Positions 42,401-52,056 of a DNA stretch of 64,000 nt are shown one piece after another. Below the pieces are notes generated by a model, which was not told where the DNA came from, did not search any database, and worked only from the letters and a program-made list of their open reading frames with translations. Within the stretch, counting starts at the first letter, position 1; each line of letters opens with the position of its first letter. Made by a program: the position numbers and the translations under genes. The DNA lies in the NCBI GenBank assembly GCA_010093815.1, contig ML996569.1. One strand, 5' to 3'. This DNA is from Pseudovirgaria hyperparasitica. Taxonomy: Eukaryota.

Positions 42401-43959
42401 CCTTCACGTCTAAATTCTAGACGTTATTCTACGAAATAGTAAGTATAAATAGAAATATATCTATAGTATTTTATCCTTAGACGGATGGCTAGATAGAGCA
42501 ATAGAACTAGACGCTTAAGGCCTACCTACGTACATTCTATAATTTCGAGTAGGATAACTAGGCCTCCCTACTAAGTATAGTAGAGTTCGTATATAATAAT
42601 AGTCGTTATAGTACGATAGATATTATACCTTTCTAGGCGAACCTCGGACGTAGTCTAAGAATAGGTTTTAAGTCTTAGACGGTCTAATTTAATCGAATAA
42701 TAGACGTGAACGTCCACGCTTAGGAATTAGCGATTAAAATCTTCGAAACCGCACGTAACTATTACGCTATAATCCAATAAGTAAATAACTCATATATAAA
42801 GTACTATAATAGGTTAGCCAAGGATTAGACGTATAAGGAGGGCGATAAGGTCCTTCTTAATATCCGTAACATACGAACGTCGTAAGTAAATAAGAAGCTC
42901 GATTATAAAATAGCTAGTCCCTTCCGAATTAAACGTCGTATCGGTATAAGAGTCTACGAGCTCGACTTAGGAAGCGATATAAGAATCTATAATATATTCC
43001 ACGTCTTACTACTCGAAAGATTTCGACCTAACGTGTATGGCCGCACGAATATATAGTTATACTCTATTATACCCTAAGATAGACTAGACGTGTTCGAAGT
43101 AGACCATATTATTAAACATAGGATTAATAAAGATAGTATTTAGAAATATAGAATCCGTTAGAAGGACTACACTAAGGATAAGGACACCTAGGAACTAGTA
43201 GTATATATCTTAAGTTCTATAATAGCTGCGTATAAGTAAAAGATATAGAATAGTATATTATTAATATAAGTATAGCGACGTCGCGGTCGTCGTAAAAAGA
43301 AGAAGGATACCATAGAGAATAAAGTACTAAACTAGGAAATCTAGACGCGCACTAGGAAAACTCTATATAGCAGCCCTATAATTTAAGCGTCGTATGGTTA
43401 CTAGACGCGAAGAAAGTGTAAATAACCATTTTAGAAACGCGACGCGATATACCATAATAGAATAATATAGAAGAGTCTAGAATAGACTAATATAGACTAT
43501 TATACACGAGAAAAACATAGGACCAAGAACCTAAAAAAAGGTACCCTACTATAGAATTAAACTCTTAACACGAAATATAAAAGGTTAGAGTACCCGAACC
43601 AATAACTACTAGGCTACTAGTTCGGGTACTCTAATAGAATTTATAGAGATAAACTAATTTATATATAGTGTCTATACTTAGGTAACTTAAGGAAAATTAG
43701 AATATAGAAACTGATAGTTATAAGCTAAGCGAGCGTATATATAATATCGTTAAGTTAAGAATTAAATTACTAGAAACTAGCCGACGGGTATCTAAACGGT
43801 CTAAAAAGGACTAAAATGGATAAAAGCTAGGTAAATAGAGCCGGCGCGCACCACCTATAGTAGATCTAGAATATATAGAGCTAGGCATAGAGCTAATATA
43901 TAGAGCTAGACCATAGAGCTAATATATAGAGCTAAACTCATAGAGCTAGAACTATAGAG

Positions 43960-45272
43960 CTACTCCTCTATCTTATTATCTATTCTAACCTCTAGTATAG
44001 TTCTCTCTAACTATATGATATAGCGGTAGAGGACGACGACCTTAGCCTCTAGAGTAATAACCCGATCCGTTAGAGTCTATAGAGAAGAGCCTTAAGCGCT
44101 AGAGCGTAGCGACTAGGTCTAAAGTTAGCTAATATAATCTAGAATAATCTAGAAGGGAATATATATCCTCTTATAAGGTAACTTAGAGGGAGAAATAGTA
44201 GACCTCTTATAAGATCTATTAGTAGCGCGAGACGGACGGGGGGGGATAGAGCGAATCCTCTCTACGGCCTCTATAGCTAGGATAGACTCCCTAGAATAGA
44301 TAGTCTAGGCGCTAGGGATCTCGCGGCGGCTAGAAAAATTAATAGGTGTTAAAAATAATTAACGTGCTTATAACTTATACTTTAATAACCTCTAGGAAGA
44401 GCTTATAGCGCTCCCTAAACTCCCTCTATATAGTAGATAGGCAGCTATAAGGACCCCCGAGGGTCTCACGGACACGAAGATCATTATAGATATCTTATAT
44501 ATATATAGGAACCTAAGAATGTATTAGCGCGGACTACTTTAGATTATACTAGATTAAGATAGCCCATTATACTTATTTATAGATAAGTCTTACTAGTTAC
44601 GGTATAGTAGTAGTAGTAGGTAGATAGAGTAAAGATAGGGTATATAGGCCCGTCGCGGTTAGTAGAGTAGTAGCTAATACTAGAGTTAGAGTAAAAGAGA
44701 TATTTAGAGCCGGCCGTATAGCTCTTAATATACTTATAGTATATTAAACCGTAGTTCGCTGTTTTCCTATAGTATAAACCGCGACTACGTTTAGTATTCT
44801 TGGCGACCTAGACCTTATTATTAGTAGACTAGGGTTTAGAGCGAATATTAAGGTTCTAAAAGGACCTAGAGTAACTAAATTAGTCTATATTAGACCAGAA
44901 GGAAGAGCGGCGAGGCGGCGGTATAGGTAAGCGCGAGGGCTCGCGATTATCGTCTATAACGAGATCTTCTTTATCCTCTAGAGGAGGTAGAGTAGATAGC
45001 GTACGCTTTAGAGCGAGAGGAGAATCTATAACCACTTTATCTATAAGTTTAGTACTAGAATTATCTAGATTAGAGTGACTAGTAGCTATATTAGTAGTAG
45101 AGGCAGTAGTAGTAGTAGCCCTAGCTACTCTCTTCTCTAACTTAGAGCACGCCTTCGTGCTACCGTAATAGGTAGACTTCTTAGCCGGCGTGGCCGGGGA
45201 GAAGGCGATATCTTTAGAGCGAGTCTTACGAGAGGAGGAGGTAGGCTTAGAGATAGGACTAGTATTAGATAT
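43960..45272 (-). pseudogene. Antisense accessory gene of Gypsy-B (3 putative introns: 44513-44576, 44330-44380, ~44115-44162); RIPed
   Basis: Long S/P/T-rich exon 1 ending in Y(C)xxY(C)TVTSKTY(C)L*(Q). Branch points GCTAAT/GCTAAC before AG. Last exon LTDRVITLEAKVVVLYRYII*LE (coiled coil). Confidence 0.68.
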
Positions 45273-46740
45273 CTATATATATATATTAGCTAGAGATCTA
45301 AGGAAGGAATATTTATCTACCCTTAACGGTAATTAACGAAGCTAAATTAGTAACCGTAATAACGCGAATGGGTTATATAGGACCGGTTCTAATAAGAATA
45401 GACTACTATAGACCCTTCTAAACCTAAACTAGGAAAGATAGTATATAAATTAACGACTTACCTTAAGAGCGAGGTAGATATACTAGAGAATAAAATTAAA
45501 GGCGAGCGAAGCTAAATATATACTTAACTAAAGTAGCGATTATATATCCTAGGTAGTAGCCACGAAGTAAGGGATAAGCGCGTATATAAACTAGTAAAAG
45601 TAAACTAGAATCTCGAGTTTACCTATATTAAGGATAGTTATAATATTATAGAAACTTAGTTACGGATATATAGATACACGATAGATTATAGAGACTTAGA
45701 ATTATATATACTTAAGTACTTCGGGGCGAAGTATAAAAAGAAGAAGGATATTATTAGGACGGGAACTATAATAGACCTATATAGACTATTCTAATCTATG
45801 TAGCCACGTAGTGGCTAGAGCTAGGTTAAGTTAGCTAAGTTAAGCGAGGTTACTATATAAGTAGACCGTATAAACCAATTCCTACTCGTTAGGAATTAAC
45901 CTCGTATAAGAGTAAGATTACTCTATAAATACATTCCTATGTCTCTCTATAAACTATTAGACTACTATCCCACGTCTTTACTCTTTATACTTATCCCTAT
46001 AGTAGATTATGTCGACCTTCTTGGTTCTAGTTAGACTATCTTAACTATAGTACTATATAGGGAGTAATTCGAATATAAGAATAGGGTTATTAGATAGTAG
46101 TATAGTTAGATAGAATAATAGGGTATATTCTATTATAGAATAAATTACTACTAAATTCTTTTAGTAGAAATCTAAGAGTATATATATAAAGGGACGCCGA
46201 TCTATCTAGCACGTAACTATTTACTACCCTTTACGTTACCTTCTAACCCTGTTAGCTAAGGTACGTGTAGGTCGGGTCCTACCTAAGGCTAAGTCCTAAT
46301 AGATAGACTATATTATCTTATTAAGAGCCGCGTTATTATCCTATAGATCCTTCTTCTTCTTCTTCTTAACTATATCTCTATAAACTAAAGTAGAGTTATT
46401 AGTATTATTAGATATATTATCTAGTAAGGCTAGAGGATCGCTTAATAAGGGTACGTTAGAGGGCGCTAGTAGTATATTTTTATACCTCGCCGCTATCTTT
46501 ATAGCCCTTAATATCTTATCTATACTATACTAGAGCGCCTTTAACGTAGATATATATAGCTATAGCCTAGGAGGTAGTAGTAGAGGTTCTATCGAGTTAT
46601 CCTATCTGAATTAAATACCTTTATACTACTTAGGAGGTATAATAGATAGCGTAAAATAGTTAAAAAAATACTAATATATAGCTAATATCATATAATACTA
46701 ATATATAATAGGTATTTTAATAGGTATACGAGTATTCGTT

Positions 46741-46840
46741 GACGATGCTATAAAATATTAATTATATATAAAAACGCGTGTTGGTGGCATAGACGTGCAT
46801 CGGGCGCCAAGCTTTCCCATGTAACTATGGACAAACGGAT
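46741..46840 (-). repeat. Right terminal inverted repeat (100 bp)
   Basis: Reverse complement of 17388-17487. Confidence 0.95.
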
Positions 46841-46996
46841 AGTGGATAGCTTTATATGTCAGTGCCACGAGCAAACGACCGACCACGTCCGTGATGCGCC
46901 CAACCTAGACAGATCCAACGACTGATCATATGAAGCTTGTCAATCTGCGCCATGGGTAATAGTGTTTCTGTACCGGCGGCCGCTGGTAGTAAGACC

Positions 46997-47423
46997 ATGC
47001 CACGACGGACGGTGAACGCCAGAGTAAGGTCCCACATGTCTTGAGCTGTTTTCATACTGATTCTGCTACTAGACACTCACAGCACCTATTGTCGCCTTCA
47101 CAATGGCTGGTGTCCTCTTCGTCTACACACGATCGTCCATCAAAGCGGCTAAAATCAACGCTGCGAAACATCGCGACGCAGACGGGGGCGAGTTATCATG
47201 GAACAAGCAGCATTTACGACAACACAACAAAATAGAGAAAGTCGATAGTACGGCTGTTAGCAATCTTCGGGAGAGCCTCATAGGTGACTCACGACGAAAG
47301 AACAAGACAAAGAGTGCAGCGGAGGTCGAGAAGGATGTCGCAGCCGACAAGGATTGGTACTCCAACACCGAGAAAGATTTAAGGTCGATATTGGGAAAGG
47401 ACCAGGAATCAAGAAAGGAATGA
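46997..47423 (+). CDS. Small conserved-looking fungal protein with one N-terminal hydrophobic segment, 2 exons
   Basis: MPRRTVNAR|TLTAPIVAFTMAGVLFVYTRSSIKAAKINAAKHRDADGG; intron GTAAGG..CTGAT..TAG. Confidence 0.75.
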
Positions 47424-47826
47424 GGACCTGTTGCTGATTCATATAGGAGAGTTCCTTATACCCATATTGAGGTTAACTGTTACACTCCGATAGGTGGAGT
47501 TGGAAAGTGGCCATAAGAAGAGCTATTTGAGCACCGAGATCAAATGTATGCTCTTGCGAAGGCATACTCGGTTAAATTGATCTGGCCACGCCAAAGTGAC
47601 AGCTGTCTTTTCAGATTTCGGCATAGCAGTCGTCGACTTCGATATATAGGTTCGCAGTCGAATGTCGACGGGCGAAAACACACGCCTCGGCGCGAGCTAT
47701 GGATCTTGGTAGCAATGTAGCAGGAGAATACGCAAATCTTTTTACCGATTGACTGTACTATACACTCTACTCGTCTGCGTCCGATTTCCCTTATTCCGCT
47801 ATACAATGCATGCAACATCTCTTCGT

Positions 47827-48423
47827 TTATGACTTGGCCACCTTCGGTTTCGTGATAACAATGTTGTCCAGGTCTTCCCTCTCCGCCATCTCGGCTTCAA
47901 TCTGTTTGATAAGTGGAGTAAGATACGGTACATCCTGTGGCTTTGTTAGTACCTGCGTATAGTCGCGAGAGAATCGTAATATATACCTCCTCAGGCTTGG
48001 TCTGTTCTGCCTCTGGGAGTAATTGATGTTGGATGGAACACTGTTTGCCGTCAAATTCGCGCGACAATAGCAAAGAACCCTGATATATGTACCTGGAAAG
48101 CACGGCGCATGCGGAACACACGATCGTATTGTTCCTTTGGAGACAGGCGCTTCATAGCGAGCAGGACGGTCTCGTTCTCTTCAGGTATCAAATCATCGGC
48201 TCTATATCATGAACAATCATTAGCTTCTAATCATATGGACTACTGTGATGATAAGTTCAATGCACAGCTCCAATTGGTAGCGTAACGTGCTGGCGGAGCT
48301 CTCATACCTCAGACCGAGCTTTCTGTAACCTGCCGAGTCGGCATACCACTGCGACAGTGGCTTCAGCCAGTTATGTAGCCATGGGCGCTTGATAACGAAT
48401 TTCGCGAGAGAGGGTTGAGACAT
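47827..48423 (-). CDS. QCR7: Cytochrome b-c1 complex subunit 7, 4 exons
   Basis: AGYRKLGLR|ADDLIPEENETV..RL..KEQYDRVFRMRRAFQ|CSIQHQLLP..TKPEE|DVPYLTP. Confidence 0.95.
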
Positions 48424-48726
48424 GTCTGCGGTCGGTCGATGTCGTGATCGGAAGGTCGCGTTGGTTGGAACGTCGTAATGGGATTCTTTGATGAGGTCGT
48501 CGATTTGCGTCTGACTTCTGGGACGTCGTGATTGGCCAAAGTCCGAATGGTGCCGAGCTCGTGCATCACGTGATCAGCCAAACCTTCTCCTTGTCGAACC
48601 AAGTGTAAGTGTCAACATCGTATTCACCATCCAGACTTGCAACCATCTTCGCTCTGATGCAGCATTGAATATGATATTTCATCGCCAAAGTCCTCACTTC
48701 ATCGCGAGCCAGCCTGCAGGAAGGCT

Positions 48727-49818
48727 ATGGCCGTGAAGAAAGCTGCATCGAAGCTACTCAAGAAAGCGCCTACTCTCACAAATGTGAACCTCGCATCACT
48801 ATGTGGATTGCTCGGCCTCGCAAAGTCGGGGCCGAAGCCTGCACTCACGGATCGATTCGAGGCTGGGATGACCCAACCTCGCATTCAGTGGAAGAATAAT
48901 TGTGCGCGGATCCTAAGCATCGACATGGGCATCAAAAACTTGGCATATTGCATCGTTGATGTCAAACTGGAATCTCTGACTCAGCCTACGATATCTTTGC
49001 AAGTTGAGAAGTGGCAACGCTTCGATCTGACGAAGCTCGAAGGCGCATCAACCGTGTCCACCACCGAGAATAAATCTGCGCTTCCAGGGCAAGAATCAGT
49101 ACCGGACGACATTTTCTACCCACCATCACTGGCAACTAGAGCCTATGATCTTTTGAAAAACCAGCTTCTTCCTAATGAGCCATCGATTGTTCTCATCGAG
49201 CGACAGCACTTCCGCCAAGCAAATGGCTCTGCTGTGCAGGAGTGGACCATCAGAGTCAATATGCTTGAAAGCATGCTTTGGGCAGTCTTGGAAACACTGA
49301 ATCGTGAGTCAGGAAGTGGTAAAGCTTTGCCTAGATTCAATGCATTTCCTGTGGCGCCTAAAGCCGTGGGCCAGTTTTGGGTCGACAGCAGCACGTGCCA
49401 AACGGAATCAACGTGTGCTGAGGTCGGCAAAGCACGGAAGAAAAAGAAGATCGAGAAGAAAGACAAAATCGCTGTAGTTCGAGAGTGGTTCTCAGCAGAT
49501 ACATACGTATACTTTATACCACCTCGCAAATCTGAAAGTAGCATGACAGTGAACGAGCCCATCGAGATTACCTTTTCGAAGCAGGCCGAACGAGTACGCA
49601 ATGCGTTCTGCGCGGGTGCTCGAAGGAAGAAAAAACTCGATGACAGTGAGGTAACAGATCCGGACTTGGACATGACCAAGAAAGACGATCTTGCAGACTG
49701 CTTTCTACAAGCTGCGGCATGGGTTGCGTGGGAGCAGAACCGACTCAAAATTGATAATCTTGTAAAACAAGGGGTAGATCGAACAAGCTTGTTACCGACT
49801 CTGATTACTTGTTCTTGA
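48727..49818 (+). CDS. CCE1: Mitochondrial Holliday-junction resolvase (Cce1/Ydc2 family) with an N-terminal SAP-like domain
   Basis: GLAKSGPKPAL, ILSIDMGIKNLAYC, VLIERQHFR, EWTIRVNMLESML, KKDDLADCFLQA. Confidence 0.88.
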   Translation: MAVKKAASKLLKKAPTLTNVNLASLCGLLGLAKSGPKPALTDRFEAGMTQPRIQWKNNCARILSIDMGIKNLAYCIVDVKLESLTQPTISLQVEKWQRFDLTKLEGASTVSTTENKSALPGQESVPDDIFYPPSLATRAYDLLKNQLLPNEPSIVLIERQHFRQANGSAVQEWTIRVNMLESMLWAVLETLNRESGSGKALPRFNAFPVAPKAVGQFWVDSSTCQTESTCAEVGKARKKKKIEKKDKIAVVREWFSADTYVYFIPPRKSESSMTVNEPIEITFSKQAERVRNAFCAGARRKKKLDDSEVTDPDLDMTKKDDLADCFLQAAAWVAWEQNRLKIDNLVKQGVDRTSLLPTLITCS

Positions 49819-51267
49819 GGATGATTATCATGATGTTACGTAGCTTCGAGCATTATACATATGAGGTGTGGCATTCGGTTCTATGTATTGATGGTATTCG
49901 ATGTTTATTACCAACCATAAGCGGTTATCAAGTATAGTCATATGGTCTTGACAGTGCATGAGGCAAGTATCAAAAGTTATCTTTTGGTCAAAGACTACAG
50001 CTTCCCGGTCGCGTCAAGTTTCGTTTGTAGAAACACGAACGAACCTTACATGGTCTGGCAGCGCAATATGCTCCGGTCACAGATTTTTAACATACATCAA
50101 CGAATTGCTCGAAATTTGTCACTGAGAGAAAGTTCCGAGGAGATACGGTGCAAAAACGCATATACAGTGTTGTATATCGGCACTAAACTGAATAGTCCCC
50201 CTCCACATGGCCGTTTGTAGAGAGCCAAATCTATGTCTATCCTGTGTGTTATTCACGAAGTGTTTCACCTATCTTATATTAGGGCTAATAATTGCTTTCT
50301 CCTTGCCGATTTCGCTAAAGGCTAGTTACAGTATACTCAACGGTGGATCTATTGGCATGTCCCTGTCGAAGAATTGTATATTCTAGTGCTTGTAGGAGAT
50401 ATGAGTCACTTTCACTACGTCAATGCTTATATTTAAGTATGCCTCGTACATATCCTCGCCAGAGCATATAAAGTTCTCCTGTCTGTTTAGTGTCCTGGAT
50501 AATTCTTCCCTGCACGTGGAATCTTTGTTGATCCCTAAGGACCCGCAAACACTCTGGCTGCCTTGTGACTTCTTCATTGATATCAAAATGCTCCACAAAA
50601 GGCAGTATAAAGAGACAAGACCATGATAAAGGAATGATACCAGCACCGATTTATTGGACAACAGAGTAGGAGGTCACTGACTTGTGTGTACGCATGACTG
50701 TCATTGGCCAATATGATCCCCAAGCTTTAGCTCATGTACGAGATGCTATCTGATCATGTTTGATACCGATCGACTCTGTCTAGTTGTGTATTCTTCTTGC
50801 CGGGTTCAACTGTACCCTAATTTGGATGCACTAAACGTAGGTAGAAAGCTACCCATCACAGTGACAACCCCTCGATGTTTGCGAGATGTATCAGAAGGTC
50901 GAATAGCATGAAAATACTGATGATTAAGGGATTGGGGGGAATGTTTCGCGGTTGAGGGTGAAGTGGACTCCGAGGTGTGTATGACTCTGTGTCAAGCACA
51001 AGGGTCTAGCAATGGAAGAATTTCATAGTAGTTGTAGCGGCACATTGGCAATCGAAGTATTGACCATTGAGTAGCAAGAGAATAGCTACATCTCACTAGC
51101 AAAATATGAACCTCGCAAGCTATGCCTTGATATAGCCTTCGCTTAGCCATGATATCTCATCGAACCCCAAAAACTCCTTACGCCGCCTATCACGCCTCTC
51201 TAGCTTCCAAAATGCCGCTTGAGATCGATTGGCCGTGGGTCAACACATTCAACTCTCATCCCCTTTG

Positions 51268-52056
51268 TCATCGTGCAGCTAAAGCACCTAGTACACCAGC
51301 AAGCGCGACAGCAATCCCGGGTCCATAGGTAAAGACTTTATCGCGCTTTCTCGCCTCAGCTGCCTCCTCTGGCGTCTTCTCTGCAGGAGCTTGCTTTGCT
51401 GGCGACGGTGAGGCAGTAACCTTAACACCCTTCTTCTGCTCCGTTGAAGGTCCGTGGCGGTCTCGAGTATGCTGACGCTCGCGTGGCGGATCAGCACTTT
51501 TGTGTCTGTGTGCTCCTTCAACTATAGTATTGTTAGGGTCTGATTCAGGATGTCCTGGGTTCACGGAGAAAGTGATTGGTTACGTAGACGTACTTTTGCG
51601 GAACATCAACCGTACGCCCTTACTGTAGTAGTACGGTTGGTCGTATTCTCCGTCTCGGACAATATCCTCCAGCGCCTCGTAGTCTACTAGATCGAGATCG
51701 ATGTCCTCCGTACCGTGAATCGGTTCTGCGACCAATTTCATGCTTTCGTTGGAGACGAGGATAATTCGCGCGTCACAGCGGATGTGTAATTCATCGTAGG
51801 ATTGCTTTAGTAGGTCGTCGATGAGATCGTAGGAAGCCTGGCGCTCGTGTGCGGTGTATTTGCGTTTGGCCATACTCGCGACAGCTGTGGCCCTAGGTGG
51901 TGAGAAAGATGGAGGTGCGTAGTTTGGTTTGTGATGGAGTGGTGGAGGAGGGAGATTTTGAAATTGAAGATGAGGGCGAGAACTATGTTCAGACGGATAT
52001 GAGGGTATTACATTGGTCATGTCGGAGAATCTGCGACTTCGGTGGTAGTGCGCCAT
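51268..52056 (-). CDS. Hypothetical protein with a C-terminal hydrophobic tail, probably 2 exons
   Basis: ORFs 51580-52080 and 51268-51564 can be joined by a GTAAGG..CAG intron; ends GPGIAVALAGVLGALAAR. Confidence 0.5.

Larger units (their letters stand above)
30608..45989 (+). mobile_element. Gypsy/chromovirus LTR retrotransposon family B (interrupted by Gypsy-A2)
   Basis: 238-bp LTRs at 30608-30845 and 45752-45989. TSD CTTAT (30603-30607 / 45990-45994). PPT AAAAAGAAGAAGG. RT IIYLDN(D)ILIFS at ~40681, RNase H ETN(D)TLGF, integrase, chromodomain FEVDHI...YRIR*(W)KDY..DT*(W)E at ~43090. GGGAAAC slippery site at 32162. Confidence 0.93.
22559..46301 (-). mobile_element. Gypsy/chromovirus LTR retrotransposon family A, copy 1 (interrupted by the SINE and Gypsy-B)
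   Basis: 228-bp LTRs at 46074-46301 (5') and 22559-22680 + 23637-23742 (3'). TSD GATAG (22554-22558 / 46302-46306). PPT adjacent to 23743. RIPed gag-pol on the minus strand at ~25500-30500. Confidence 0.93.
18845..46592 (-). pseudogene. Second gene (ORF2, ~598 codons) of the TIR transposon, convergent to the transposase; split into 46592-46307, 22558-21156 and 18949-18845
   Basis: After removing the Gypsy-A1 and LINE insertions plus one TSD copy each, the three pieces total 1794 nt in a single frame with only RIP-type stops. Confidence 0.7.
17388..46840 (+). mobile_element. IS630/Tc1-mariner-type DNA transposon (ancestral length ~3.5 kb) inflated to 29.4 kb by nested insertions; RIP-mutated
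   Basis: 100-bp TIRs at 17388-17487 and 46741-46840 (2 mismatches, both CpA/TpA). Internal DD34E transposase relic. Strong TpA excess and CpA/TpG depletion throughout. Confidence 0.9.

Noticed and set aside
43855..43962. CRISPR-like array
   Set aside because: Eukaryotic context, very short units, no unique spacers and no cas genes.
30608..45989. Dating insertions by LTR divergence
   Set aside because: The differences are dominated by RIP transitions and are not clock-like.
17388..46840. Starship or other giant cargo transposon
   Set aside because: There is no tyrosine-recombinase captain and no host cargo; the size is fully explained by nested retroelements.
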